Source of the DNA: a bacterium
GTDB taxonomy: Bacteria; Zhuqueibacterota; Zhuqueibacteria; Zhuqueibacterales; Zhuqueibacteraceae
Assembly (NCBI GenBank): GCA_044869275.1
Contig: JBIOXB010000239.1
Coordinates: 1 to 64,000 of the forward strand
Direction: 5' to 3'
Length of the DNA stretch: 64,000 nucleotides
Position 1 is the first letter of the stretch, and every line of letters starts with the position of its first letter. Under the pieces are notes generated by a model that was not told the DNA's origin, did no database searches, and saw only the letters and a list, made by a program, of their open reading frames with translations. Position numbers and translations under genes: made by a program. Shown here piece after piece: positions 29,167-39,397 of this stretch.

Positions 29167-31458
29167 ATGCAAAACAAAGCGCCTTACACAGCCCCTAACC
29201 TACCGCTAGAAGAGCGCGCCGCCGATTTGCTTTCGCGCATGACGCTCGAAGAAAAAGCTGCCCAGATGGTTGGCGTTTGGCAGGGCAAGAGCACGACCTT
29301 GGTGGATGAGACGGGCGACTTCGATTTCGAAAAAGCCAGAGCGCATTACAAAGACGGGCATGGCCTGGGCCAGGTCGGCCGGCCCAGCGACGCGGGCGGC
29401 GGAAGAAATGCGAGACAGCAAGCCGAGCTGACCAACGCCATACAGAAGTTTTTTATTGAAAACAGCCGGCTCGGAATCCCCGTCATCTTTCATGAAGAGT
29501 GTTTGCATGGGCAAGCGGCGCCGGAAGGCACGAGTTTTCCGCAGCCCATCGGTCTCGGCGCCACGTTCGATCCCGACCTGGTGCGCCGGCTGTTTGAAAT
29601 GACGGCGGAAGAAGCCCGGGCACGCGGAACGCATCAAGCCTTGACGCCGGTGGTGGACGTTGCCCGCGAGCCGCGCTGGGGACGCGTGGAAGAAACTTAT
29701 GGCGAAGACCCTTATTTGGTTTCGCGCCTGGGCATTGCCGCGGTGCAAGGCTTTCAAGGCGACGGCACTTTCAAGAATAAGAAAAGCGTCATCGCCTGCC
29801 TTAAACATTTCGCGGCGCACGGGCAACCGGAATCGGGCACTAATTGCGCGCCGGCAAATGTTTCCGAACGCCTGCTGCGTGAGGTCTTTCTCTATCCCTT
29901 CGAGCAGGCTATACAAAAAGGCGGGGCCTTGAGCGTGATGGCTTCATACAATGAGATCGACGGCGTTCCCTCCCACGCCAATCGCTGGCTGTTGCGCAAG
30001 ATGCTGCGCGAAGAGTGGGGGTTCAAAGGATTCGTGGTTTCTGATTACTATGCCATTCGCGAGCTGAACGAGCGGCCGGATTTTTTCGGCCACCACCTCG
30101 CTCAAAATGGAAAAGAGGCCGCACTCCTGGCCGTGCGCGCGGGCGTGAACATCGAATTGCCGGAGCCGGATTGCTACACGCATCTCGTCGAATTGGTGCG
30201 TGAAGGCCGTTTGGATGAAGCGATACTCGATGAGCTTGTCGAAAGCATGCTCATCTGTAAACTCAGGCTCGGCCTGTTCGACGATCCCTACGTTGATCCT
30301 GAAGCCGCGGAAAGAATTGTCGGAAGCGAGATCAATCGCAAGTTGGCGCTACAAGCGGCGCGCAAGACTATCACTCTCCTTAAAAACGAGCAAAATATAG
30401 CGCCGCTCGACCTCAGAAAAATCAAGACGCTCGCCGTCATCGGCCCGAACGCCGATCGCGAGCTTTTGGGTGGATACAGCGGCAAGCCGAAACATGTTTC
30501 GACTGTGCTCAGCGGTATTCGCGAGCACGCCGGCAATGCAGTAAAAGTTCTATATCACGAAGGATGCAAAATCACTATCGGCGGATCGTGGCAACAAGAT
30601 GAGGTGGTACCGAGCGACCCCGAATCCGATCGCCAGAGCATCGCGGAAGCAGTAAAAGTCGCACAGCAAGCGGATGCCATCGTGCTGGCGCTCGGTGGCA
30701 ACGAGCAAACCTCACGCGAGGCCTGGGCTCTGAATCACCTGGGCGATCGCGCGGATCTGGAGATGGTGGGCCGGCAAGATGAGCTCGTCAATGCCCTCGC
30801 GGCGCTGGGCAGACCAATGATCGCTTTTCTCTTCAACGGCAGGCCGCTCGCGGTGCGCAATCTCTGCGAAAAAGTGCCGGTGCTTTTTGAATGCTGGTAT
30901 TTAGGTCAGGAAACCGGCAAGGCCGTGGCCGAGGTGCTGTTCGGGGATGCCAACCCCGGCGGCAAGCTGCCCATCACGATTCCACGCTCGGTCGGGCATA
31001 TTCCAGCCTATTACAACTACAAACCCTCGGCGCGCCGTGGTTATCTCTTCGAATCGGTTGAGCCTCTCTTTGCATTCGGTTACGGCCTGAGTTATACGCA
31101 GTTTCGGTTCGGCGCACCTCGTTTGGAGAAGTCAGTGATGCGGTCGGATGAATCCACCCGCGTGCTCGTGGAGGTCACGAACATGGGTCATGTTTCCGGC
31201 GATGAAGTCGTGCAAATGTATATTCGTGACCGCGTGAGCTCAGTGACGCGTCCGGTCAAAGAGTTGAAGGGATTTCAGCGCATCACCCTGGCACCGGGCG
31301 AAACGAAAACCGTAGCGCTGGAAATTGCGCCGGAGCATTTGGCGTTTTATGATATCGACATGAATTATGTCGTGGAGCCGGGCGAGTTCGACATCATGGT
31401 GGGAAATTCATCCAGAGACAGAGATTTGCGGAGAATCGTGCTGAGCATCGAGGCGTAA
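29167..31458 (+). CDS. GH3 beta-glucosidase/beta-xylosidase, no evident signal peptide
   Basis: SRLGIP, EECLHG, REPRWGRVEETYGEDP, KHFA, VVSDY, FGYGLSYT, Fn3-like C-terminus. Start uncertain between 29098 and 29167. Confidence 0.93.
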   Translation: MQNKAPYTAPNLPLEERAADLLSRMTLEEKAAQMVGVWQGKSTTLVDETGDFDFEKARAHYKDGHGLGQVGRPSDAGGGRNARQQAELTNAIQKFFIENSRLGIPVIFHEECLHGQAAPEGTSFPQPIGLGATFDPDLVRRLFEMTAEEARARGTHQALTPVVDVAREPRWGRVEETYGEDPYLVSRLGIAAVQGFQGDGTFKNKKSVIACLKHFAAHGQPESGTNCAPANVSERLLREVFLYPFEQAIQKGGALSVMASYNEIDGVPSHANRWLLRKMLREEWGFKGFVVSDYYAIRELNERPDFFGHHLAQNGKEAALLAVRAGVNIELPEPDCYTHLVELVREGRLDEAILDELVESMLICKLRLGLFDDPYVDPEAAERIVGSEINRKLALQAARKTITLLKNEQNIAPLDLRKIKTLAVIGPNADRELLGGYSGKPKHVSTVLSGIREHAGNAVKVLYHEGCKITIGGSWQQDEVVPSDPESDRQSIAEAVKVAQQADAIVLALGGNEQTSREAWALNHLGDRADLEMVGRQDELVNALAALGRPMIAFLFNGRPLAVRNLCEKVPVLFECWYLGQETGKAVAEVLFGDANPGGKLPITIPRSVGHIPAYYNYKPSARRGYLFESVEPLFAFGYGLSYTQFRFGAPRLEKSVMRSDESTRVLVEVTNMGHVSGDEVVQMYIRDRVSSVTRPVKELKGFQRITLAPGETKTVALEIAPEHLAFYDIDMNYVVEPGEFDIMVGNSSRDRDLRRIVLSIEA

Positions 31459-31551
31459 TGCGACTTTCAAGTCGCATGCGAAAAAGGCAAAACAATTGAT
31501 GGCACAAATGATGAGTATGCGCCTTTTCCTTTCAAAAATGTCATTCTGGAA

Positions 31552-31677
31552 GAATCATGTTGTGTGAAAACTTGGGAATGCCGTACCCTGAGCTTGTCGA
31601 AGGGTGCTAAGTTCAAAAATCCGGCTTCGACAAGCTCAGCCGGCGTTGGAACCAAGCGTTTTCACACAGTCTGAATC
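31552..31677. mobile_element. MITE-like element: terminal inverted repeats enclosing a REP-like doublet
   Basis: TGTGTGAAAAC ... GTTTTCACACA outer arms; inner CTGAGCTTGTCGAAG / CTTCGACAAGCTCAG; GAATC at 31552-31556 and 31673-31677. Confidence 0.65.
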
Positions 31678-31720
31678 TTTTTCAGTACCTGGCGCACAGC
31701 CCGAATCGGCCGAAACCTAT

Positions 31721-34627
31721 TTGCCGAAAAAAATCGTAGGTAACGACATGCTTGAGTTTTTCGCTGTGGCATTCTTCTTTTCAGCCTCACAAACTGCGGT
31801 AGCCGTTAACCGCGACTCCTATATCTCCACCACAAACGGCAAGGGCCGCTTTACCCTCTCCGCTTCAGGCAATTCTGCGCCGTTGTGTGCCAGTGCCCAA
31901 GACTATCCGGGCGTCATACGGGTATTGCAGCACCTGCAGACCGACATTGGCAGAGTGACGAATTTCAAACCTGAGATTTATATTGACAAGATCCCCGCAG
32001 CAAAAGAGATCATATTGGCGGGCACGCTGGGCAAAAGTCCGGTGATCGACAAGCTGGTGCAATCGAAGAAACTCGACGTGGCGAGCATTGCAGGGCGTTG
32101 GGAAACGTTTTTGCTGCAGGTGGTGGAAAAGCCGCAGCCTGGAATCGATCGCGCATTGGTCATCGCCGGCAGCGACAAACGCGGCACAATCTTCGGCATT
32201 TATGATCTCGCGGCACAGATCGGCGTTTCGCCCTGGTATTGGTGGGCAGATGTGCCGGTTAAGAAAAAGTCCAGTATATATGTATTGCCCGGCCGGTACA
32301 CGACCGGCGAACCTGCCGTGAAGTATCGCGGGATATTTATCAATGACGAGAATCCGGCGCTGCTGGGATGGGTCAACAAGACCTTCGGCGGCTTCAATCA
32401 TCATTTTTATGAGCGCGTGTTCGAGCTCATTTTGCGCATGAAGGGCAATTTTCTCTGGCCCGCGATGTGGGGCAAAGCGTTTTATGATGACGACTCGCTC
32501 AACGCGCCGCTGGCAGATGAATACGGCGTGGTGATGAGCACCTCCCATCACGAGCCAATGATGCGTGCGCACGTCGAATGGCAGCGTTACGGCTCCGGGC
32601 CGTGGAATTATGAGAAAAACGCAGCGAAACTGCGCGAGTATTGGACGGCAGGCATCAAGCGCATGAAAAATTACGAGAGCATCGTCACGCTTGCCATGCG
32701 CGGCGATGGCGACGAGCCGATGACGGAAGCAGCGAATATCGCGTTGTTGCAGAGCATCGTTAAGGACCAGCGTGAAATCCTTGCGGAAGTCACTCGTAAA
32801 GAAGTGACGAGTATTCCGCAAGTTTGGGCGCTCTACAAAGAAGTGCAGGAGTATTATGATAAAGGCATGCGCGTGCCCGATGAGGTCACGCTGTTATTGT
32901 GCGACGACAATTGGGGGAACATTCGCAAGCTTCCCCAACGCGAGGAAAAGCTACGCCCCGGCGGTTACGGCATTTACTACCACTATGACTACGTCGGCGG
33001 ACCCAGAAACTATAAATGGCTGAACACGAATCAAATTTCCCGCGTGTGGGAGCAGATGCACCTCGCCTACCGCTATGGCGCGAACCGCATCTGGATCGTC
33101 AACGTCGGCGATATCAAGCCCATGGAGTTTCCAATCGAATTCTTTTTGGATTATGCGTGGAATCCCGAACAATGGCCGGCCGAGCGATTGCCCGAGTACA
33201 CTCAGCTTTGGGCGGAACGGCAATTCGGCTCTGAACACGCGAAAGATATTGCCGATATTTTAACCCAATACACAAGATATAATTCGCGTCGCAAGCCCGA
33301 GCTGCTCGCGCCGGACACCTACAGCTTGGTTGATTACCGTGAAGCTGAAACCGTGGTTGCTGAATACAACGAGTTGGCCGGGCGCGCACAGCGCATCAGT
33401 GATGGACTGCCTGCCGAATCCAAAGATGCTTTTTATCAGCTCGTTCTGCATCCTGTGCAGGCCTGTGCGAATTTGAATGAGCTTTATGTCACAGTTGGCA
33501 AGAATCGCTTATACGCGCAACAAGGAAGAGCCGCCACAAACACGCTTGCCGAGAGAGCGAAGACTTTATTTAAAGAAGATGAAGACCTCACGCATTACTA
33601 CAATAACGTGATGGCCAGCGGCAAGTGGGCTCACATGATGGATCAGACGCACATCGGTTACACCTATTGGCAGCAACCGGAAAAGAATGCAATGCCCGAA
33701 ATCAAGGAGATTGCTGTTCCCGCAGCGGGAGAATTGGGCGTTGCGATCGAAGGCTCCGCGCAATGGTGGCCAAATGAAAAAAGCGAAGCCGTGCTGCCTG
33801 AATTCGATCCGTATCAACAACAGATCTATTACCTCGAGATATTCAATCGCGGACAAACGCCTTTTGAGTATTCGGTGCAGACCGGCGAGCCGTGGGTCAA
33901 GATTGATCTTGCAAAGGGAAGAATCGAAACAGAGAAACGTTTGTGGATAAGTATTGATTGGAAGCAGGCGCCAAGCGGCAAGCATCGCGTTCCAATTGCG
34001 ATTGCCGGCCCCGAGAATAGCCGCGTCGTGGTGCAGGCGATGATCAATAATCCTTCATCTCCTAAAAAGGACGAGATCACCGGCTTTGTTGAGAGCAATG
34101 GCTACGTTTCAATTGAAGCGGAACATTTTACTCGTGCGGTGGCACCTTCGCCCATCAAGTGGCAACGCATTCCGGATCTGGGGCGCACGCTCTCGGCGAT
34201 GTCGCCTGTCCCCGTAACTTCTACGCCTCAAACGCCGAAAGAAAACGGCGCGCGATTGGAATATCAGTTATATTTCTTTGAGGACGGCGAAGTATCGATC
34301 AAAGCATACCTCTCCCCTACCCTGAATTTTCATAATACCCAAGGGCTACGTTACGCCGTTTCATTCGACGAGGAATCGCCGCAAATCGTGAATATGCACG
34401 CGAACAAGACTTTTCAGGACTGGGAAGAGTCCGTGCGCAACAATGTCACCGTTGCGGTTTCGAAGCATAAGCTCAATGAACGAGCGAAACATGTTTTGAA
34501 ATTCTGGATGGTCGATCCCGGCGTGGTGTTGCAAAAGCTGGTGATCGAAACCGGGGAGGTCAAGCCGAGTTATTTGGGACCGCCGGAGAGTTATTATGGC
34601 GCTGGGAAAACCCAGGCAGAGAAATAG
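31721..34627 (+). CDS. GH115 xylan alpha-1,2-glucuronidase
   Basis: GSDKRGTIFG, GVSPWYWWAD, KYRGIFINDE, LWPAMW, TSHHEPM, MRGDGD, ALYKEV, DDNWG, YYHYDYVGGPRNYKW, NVGDIKP. Start likely 31721 or 31748; the 31604 start lies inside the repeat element. Confidence 0.93.
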   Translation: MPKKIVGNDMLEFFAVAFFFSASQTAVAVNRDSYISTTNGKGRFTLSASGNSAPLCASAQDYPGVIRVLQHLQTDIGRVTNFKPEIYIDKIPAAKEIILAGTLGKSPVIDKLVQSKKLDVASIAGRWETFLLQVVEKPQPGIDRALVIAGSDKRGTIFGIYDLAAQIGVSPWYWWADVPVKKKSSIYVLPGRYTTGEPAVKYRGIFINDENPALLGWVNKTFGGFNHHFYERVFELILRMKGNFLWPAMWGKAFYDDDSLNAPLADEYGVVMSTSHHEPMMRAHVEWQRYGSGPWNYEKNAAKLREYWTAGIKRMKNYESIVTLAMRGDGDEPMTEAANIALLQSIVKDQREILAEVTRKEVTSIPQVWALYKEVQEYYDKGMRVPDEVTLLLCDDNWGNIRKLPQREEKLRPGGYGIYYHYDYVGGPRNYKWLNTNQISRVWEQMHLAYRYGANRIWIVNVGDIKPMEFPIEFFLDYAWNPEQWPAERLPEYTQLWAERQFGSEHAKDIADILTQYTRYNSRRKPELLAPDTYSLVDYREAETVVAEYNELAGRAQRISDGLPAESKDAFYQLVLHPVQACANLNELYVTVGKNRLYAQQGRAATNTLAERAKTLFKEDEDLTHYYNNVMASGKWAHMMDQTHIGYTYWQQPEKNAMPEIKEIAVPAAGELGVAIEGSAQWWPNEKSEAVLPEFDPYQQQIYYLEIFNRGQTPFEYSVQTGEPWVKIDLAKGRIETEKRLWISIDWKQAPSGKHRVPIAIAGPENSRVVVQAMINNPSSPKKDEITGFVESNGYVSIEAEHFTRAVAPSPIKWQRIPDLGRTLSAMSPVPVTSTPQTPKENGARLEYQLYFFEDGEVSIKAYLSPTLNFHNTQGLRYAVSFDEESPQIVNMHANKTFQDWEESVRNNVTVAVSKHKLNERAKHVLKFWMVDPGVVLQKLVIETGEVKPSYLGPPESYYGAGKTQAEK

Positions 34628-34660
34628 AATCTTCTGATGACGCCGGTGAAGAATACAAAA

Positions 34661-35941
34661 ATGAGCGAGACGCAAGGAAACTGGGCAGGCAATTACACCT
34701 ACAACGCCGCGAGATGGCATCGTCCCAAAACCATCGAGCAGGTGCAGGAGCTGGCCATGCGCTGCCGCAAACTGAAGGTGATCGGCACACGGCACGCCTT
34801 CAATAGCATTGCAGACACGCCCGAGGACGTCATCTCGCTGGAGCATTTCGACCGCGTGGTGGGTTTAGACCGCAAGCGCCGCACGGTGACGGTGGAAGCG
34901 GGCATTCGGTATGGGCAACTTTGCCGCTATCTTCAGGAACAAGGCTATGCGCTTCACAACCTGGCGTCGTTGCCGCATATTTCCGTCGCCGGCGCCTGTG
35001 CGACGGCAACGCACGGCTCCGGAGATCACAATGGCAATCTCGCGACGATCGTAGCGGCGATGGAAATGGTTACGGCCAACGGCGAGGTGGCGCTGTTATC
35101 ACGCGAACGCGACGGCGAGCGATTTCAGGGCGCGGTCGTCGGGCTTGGCGGACTCGGCGTGGTCACGAAACTTACGCTTGATATTCTTCCAACGTTTGAT
35201 ATGCGCCAGTGCGTGTACGAGAATTTGCCGCTCGCGCGTCTGGAAAATGATTTCGATGCGATTCTCTCCAGCGCATACAGCGTTAGTCTTTTCACGGATT
35301 GGCAGAGCGGCCGGATCAACCAAGTCTGGTTGAAGCGCCGTATTGCAGAGAACGCGCCGTTTGTGCCGGAGTCGGAATTTTTCGGAGCCCAGCTCGCCCC
35401 ACGCCGGCTTCATCCCATCGCAGGTCATCCCGCAGAGAATTGCACCGAGCAGATGAGCGTCCCTGGTCCCTGGCATGAACGGCTGCCACACTTTCGCATG
35501 GATTTTACGCCAAGCAGCGGTGAAGAATTGCAAACGGAGTACTTTGTGCCGCGCCAACATGCACTCGCAGCGCTGGGTGCGATCTCTCGTTTGCGAGACC
35601 AAGTGGCGCCGCTCCTGCAAATTTCTGAAGTGCGCACCATTGCCGCGGACAGTTTGTGGATGAGCCCCTGTTACCAGCAAGCCTGTATCGGCATCCACTT
35701 TACTTGGAAGAAAAATTGGGAGGCGGTCAGAAATCTGCTCCCGCTGATCGAAGAACAACTCGCGCCGTTCCATGCCCGCCCGCATTGGGGCAAGTTGTTC
35801 ACGATGTCACCGGCACACCTGCAATCGCTCTACGAGAAATTGCCGGGCTTTCAAGACTTGCTCCGGTTCTACGATCCAGAAGGCAAATTCCGGAATGCGT
35901 TTCTTGACACGTACATTTTAGAGACGATGCGGACTACGTAA
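34661..35941 (+). CDS. FAD-linked alditol (xylitol) oxidase-like oxidoreductase
   Basis: NWAGN, GTRHAFN, NLASLPHISVAGA.ATATHGSG, YSVSLFTDW, GEELQTEYF, HFTW, RPHWGK. Confidence 0.85.
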   Translation: MSETQGNWAGNYTYNAARWHRPKTIEQVQELAMRCRKLKVIGTRHAFNSIADTPEDVISLEHFDRVVGLDRKRRTVTVEAGIRYGQLCRYLQEQGYALHNLASLPHISVAGACATATHGSGDHNGNLATIVAAMEMVTANGEVALLSRERDGERFQGAVVGLGGLGVVTKLTLDILPTFDMRQCVYENLPLARLENDFDAILSSAYSVSLFTDWQSGRINQVWLKRRIAENAPFVPESEFFGAQLAPRRLHPIAGHPAENCTEQMSVPGPWHERLPHFRMDFTPSSGEELQTEYFVPRQHALAALGAISRLRDQVAPLLQISEVRTIAADSLWMSPCYQQACIGIHFTWKKNWEAVRNLLPLIEEQLAPFHARPHWGKLFTMSPAHLQSLYEKLPGFQDLLRFYDPEGKFRNAFLDTYILETMRTT

Positions 35942-36104
35942 TATTGTATAGAGTACTACGGTGCCGGTTCCATCGCGGCGCATGTGCAAAAGCATGGTCA
36001 TTAAGAAGGATTGATGAAACCTCATGCGAAGTAAGAGATGCACTGATTCCTTGACTGCCAGGGCAGGAAGACAACGAGTTTTTTCCTTATGCCTTGGTGT
36101 CTTC

Positions 36105-36923
36105 ATGGTAAAATTTGGCCGCGGCTCGGCTGGATTGAGCTTATTTATCTTTTTATTGGCATTTGGATCTACAGTAAACGCACAAGAGAAAGGCCTGTGG
36201 CATGGGAAAAAGTGCGCAGTTTCCCTCACATATGATGACGCTCTCAATGTGCATTTGGATCATGTCGTCCCGATTTTGGATTCCCTGGGTTTGAAGGGCA
36301 CATTTTATTTGTCCGGATATTTCCCGGCCTTTCGAGAACGCATGACGGAATGGAAAGCGGTGGCAAGCCACGGACATGAGCTGGGCAATCATACCTTATT
36401 TCATCCGTGCACGGGAAAGTTGCCGGGCAGAGAATGGGTGAAGCCCGATTATGATCTGGAAAATTACACGATGTCACGATTGCTCGATGAAATCAAAATG
36501 GCCAACACCTTGCTCGAAGCCATCGACGGCAAAACGAAAAGGTCATTTGCCTACCCTTGCGGCGATACCAAGGTTGGGGATTCCTCGTATGTGGAAAAAA
36601 TCAAAGAGGAGTTCGTCGCTGCGCGAGGCGTGAAAGGAGAGATGCCCCAAATACACGAAATTGATTTGTACAATGTCGGGGCCTATGTCGTAAGCGGGCA
36701 ATCGGGCGAAGAACTCATGGGTTCGGTAAAGCAAGCAATGGAAAGAAATGCTCTGATCGTTTTTCTTTTTCATGGCGTCGGCGGAGAGCATGCTCTCGAT
36801 GTCTCGTTAAGTGATCATCGGAAACTTTTGCATTTTCTAAAGCAATATGAAAAGGATATTTGGATTGCTCCTTTTATAGACATAGCTGAACATGTTAAGG
36901 AACAAAATGACATGAAAAAGTGA
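36105..36923 (+). CDS. polysaccharide deacetylase (NodB/CE4-like)
   Basis: LTYDD, HELGNHTLFH, FAYPCG, FLFHGV; signal peptide ending VNA-Q. Start uncertain. Confidence 0.85.
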   Translation: MVKFGRGSAGLSLFIFLLAFGSTVNAQEKGLWHGKKCAVSLTYDDALNVHLDHVVPILDSLGLKGTFYLSGYFPAFRERMTEWKAVASHGHELGNHTLFHPCTGKLPGREWVKPDYDLENYTMSRLLDEIKMANTLLEAIDGKTKRSFAYPCGDTKVGDSSYVEKIKEEFVAARGVKGEMPQIHEIDLYNVGAYVVSGQSGEELMGSVKQAMERNALIVFLFHGVGGEHALDVSLSDHRKLLHFLKQYEKDIWIAPFIDIAEHVKEQNDMKK

Positions 36924-36966
36924 AGGCTCTTCACTCAAACAAAAACCGCTATCAGGAGAATATGCT

Positions 36967-39381
36967 TTGAATAGAATTTCACCGATCATCTTGCCCTTTA
37001 TAGGGTTGTTGGTCACTTGTGTGCTCGATCATACTTCGGGGCAAAATAACCATAGCTTCACCAACCCCATCCTGGCCGGCTTCTATCCCGATCCCAGCAT
37101 TTGCCGGGTGGGCAGTGACTACTATTTGGTGACCTCTTCGTTTTCCTATTTCCCCGGCATCCCGATTTTTCACAGCAAGGATTTGGCAAATTGGAAGCAG
37201 ATTGGGCACATCATGGATCGGCCGGAGCAATTGGATTTGGACGGACTCGGGGTTTCACGCGGCATCTTTGCACCGGCAATCCGATACAATAATGGCGTGT
37301 ATTATGTGACCTGCACCTTGGTCGATAAGGGCGGCAACTTCGTGGTCACTTCCAAAAGAGCCGAAGGGCCGTGGTCAAATCCGGTTTGGATACCTCAGAT
37401 CAACGGCATTGATCCTTCGATGTTCTTTGATGACAATGGCAAAGCTTACATCATTTACAATAGCGTTGCTCCAGATGACAAGCCGCGGTATGAGGGCCAT
37501 CGCACGCTGAGAATGTATCAATTCGATGTCGCCAATCTTAAAGTGATGGGCGACGAAATCCTGCTCGTCAATGGCGGCGTCGATCTTGCCAAAAAACCTA
37601 TTTGGATCGAAGCCCCCCATATTTTTCAAAAGGACGGGTTCTATTATTTGATCGCTGCGGAAGGTGGCACCGCTGATCGACACTCCGAAGTCGTATTCAG
37701 AAGCAAGAATGCCGCCGGGCCCTATGCTCCCTACGAGCGCAATCCTATTCTCACGCAAAGACATTTGGATCCGAAAAGAAAGTATGCCATTACCTCCACC
37801 GGGCATGCGGATTTTGTTGAGACCGAGAGCGGCGATTGGTGGGCGGTGTTTTTAGGATGCCGGCCATATCCGCCGTATGAAGAGAATTATTACAATACCG
37901 GGAGAGAAACCTTTTTGGCACCGGTGAAATGGCAAAACGGCTGGCCGGTGATCAATTCAGATCATGAAGTAGTGCAATATCATTATCCGCTGCCGCTCAA
38001 ACCGGCGCAAGCATCCGGGGCAGTTCCGCATAGTGAAAATTTTCAATTCAGAGATGAATTTGATGCGGAAGCGTTGAATTACAACTGGGTATTCTTGCGA
38101 ACGCCGCGCGCGAAATGGTACGACCTGCAAACTCGAAAAGGCATTTTAACCATGCAGTTGCGGCCGGAAGTGTGCTCGGGAAATCTGAATCCAAGTTTTC
38201 TGGGACATCGCCAGCAACATTCGCAGGGCTCTGCCAGCGTTGCAATTGACTTTTCCCCGAAAGCAGAAAATGAGAAAGCCGGTTTGTTGATCTTTCAAAA
38301 CGAGAAGCATTTCTATTTCTTGTGCAAATCGTTGGACCGCAATGTCGCAACCATTCAGCTTTACAAGTCGGGCGATCAGCACATGGAGCAGTTGGCTGCG
38401 CAAGCACTCACGAATGAGCAAAGGGAAAGAACATTGCATTTAAGAATTGCGGCTCGCGGCGATACTTACTCGTTTTCGTTTGCCGTCGATCCCACCCAAT
38501 GGCTGCTGCTGCGAGAAAATGTGGATGGACGCTTCTTAAGCACCAGAGTCGCGGGCGGATTTGTGGGGTGCGTGTACGCTTTGTATGCGACTTCGCTCGG
38601 CGAGCCGAGCGAAAACAATGCGCACTTCGATTGGTTTGAGTATTCCGGCAATGCCTTGATCGCCCAGAGCGATTCTTTGGAATCCAATGTTTACCGGTGG
38701 CGTGGCTTGCAGGTCGAAAAATCGGAAGCGCGCGACCGGCGGCAGATTCTCAAAGGAAGCACGACCGATCTTGAATATTTGGAGATCCATGCCACAACCG
38801 TTGCTCCGAAGAAATCGCCGCACGCCAGCCATATTCATAATGATACCGAAGAGCTTATCATTGTCAAAGAAGGTCAGCTGAAGGTCATGGTCACAGGGGA
38901 AAGCCAGGTACTCGGGCCGGGAAGCATCGCCCTGGCCATGCCGGGAGAACAACACGGCCTGGAAGATGCCGGTGACACCCCCGTTACCTATTACGTGTTT
39001 CGATACCGGTCCAAGCTTCCCGTTAATATCGAACGGGGAAAGAATGCCGGCGGCTCTTTCATGGTCAATTGGAATGAGGTCGCGATGCGGGAAACTCCTA
39101 CGGGCGGTAGAAGACAACACTTCGATCGCGCCACCTCAATGTTTGACCGGTTCGAGATGCACGTCTCAACCCTCAACGCGGGATTGACGAATCACAAAAC
39201 GCACACGCATCGCGCGGAAGAATTTGTTTTGATTATCAAAGGCGAAGTCGAGATGCAGATCGGCGATTCTTTTCAGCAAGCCTCCGCCGGCGATGTGATT
39301 TTTCTCGCTTCCGGAATCCCGCATGCGCTGCGCAATATTGGCAGCGAGCAGACTGAATATTTCGCTTTTCAATGGCAATAA
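36967..39381 (+). CDS. GH43 beta-xylosidase/arabinofuranosidase fused to a C-terminal bicupin
   Basis: NPILAGFYPDPSI, FAPAIRY, GIDPS, WIEAPH, TGHAD, GRETFL, beta-sandwich ending FDWFEY; then two cupin motifs HASHIH..EE...H and HKTHTH..EE...H. Confidence 0.88.
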   Translation: MNRISPIILPFIGLLVTCVLDHTSGQNNHSFTNPILAGFYPDPSICRVGSDYYLVTSSFSYFPGIPIFHSKDLANWKQIGHIMDRPEQLDLDGLGVSRGIFAPAIRYNNGVYYVTCTLVDKGGNFVVTSKRAEGPWSNPVWIPQINGIDPSMFFDDNGKAYIIYNSVAPDDKPRYEGHRTLRMYQFDVANLKVMGDEILLVNGGVDLAKKPIWIEAPHIFQKDGFYYLIAAEGGTADRHSEVVFRSKNAAGPYAPYERNPILTQRHLDPKRKYAITSTGHADFVETESGDWWAVFLGCRPYPPYEENYYNTGRETFLAPVKWQNGWPVINSDHEVVQYHYPLPLKPAQASGAVPHSENFQFRDEFDAEALNYNWVFLRTPRAKWYDLQTRKGILTMQLRPEVCSGNLNPSFLGHRQQHSQGSASVAIDFSPKAENEKAGLLIFQNEKHFYFLCKSLDRNVATIQLYKSGDQHMEQLAAQALTNEQRERTLHLRIAARGDTYSFSFAVDPTQWLLLRENVDGRFLSTRVAGGFVGCVYALYATSLGEPSENNAHFDWFEYSGNALIAQSDSLESNVYRWRGLQVEKSEARDRRQILKGSTTDLEYLEIHATTVAPKKSPHASHIHNDTEELIIVKEGQLKVMVTGESQVLGPGSIALAMPGEQHGLEDAGDTPVTYYVFRYRSKLPVNIERGKNAGGSFMVNWNEVAMRETPTGGRRQHFDRATSMFDRFEMHVSTLNAGLTNHKTHTHRAEEFVLIIKGEVEMQIGDSFQQASAGDVIFLASGIPHALRNIGSEQTEYFAFQWQ

Positions 39382-39397
39382 AAATTATGGCAGAAAT

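Noticed and set aside
29064..31477. Short hairpins GCGACATTCATGTCGC (29064-29079) and ATGCGACTTTCAAGTCGCAT (31458-31477) as terminators
   Set aside because: No U-tract follows; they may be REP remnants but are too short to call.
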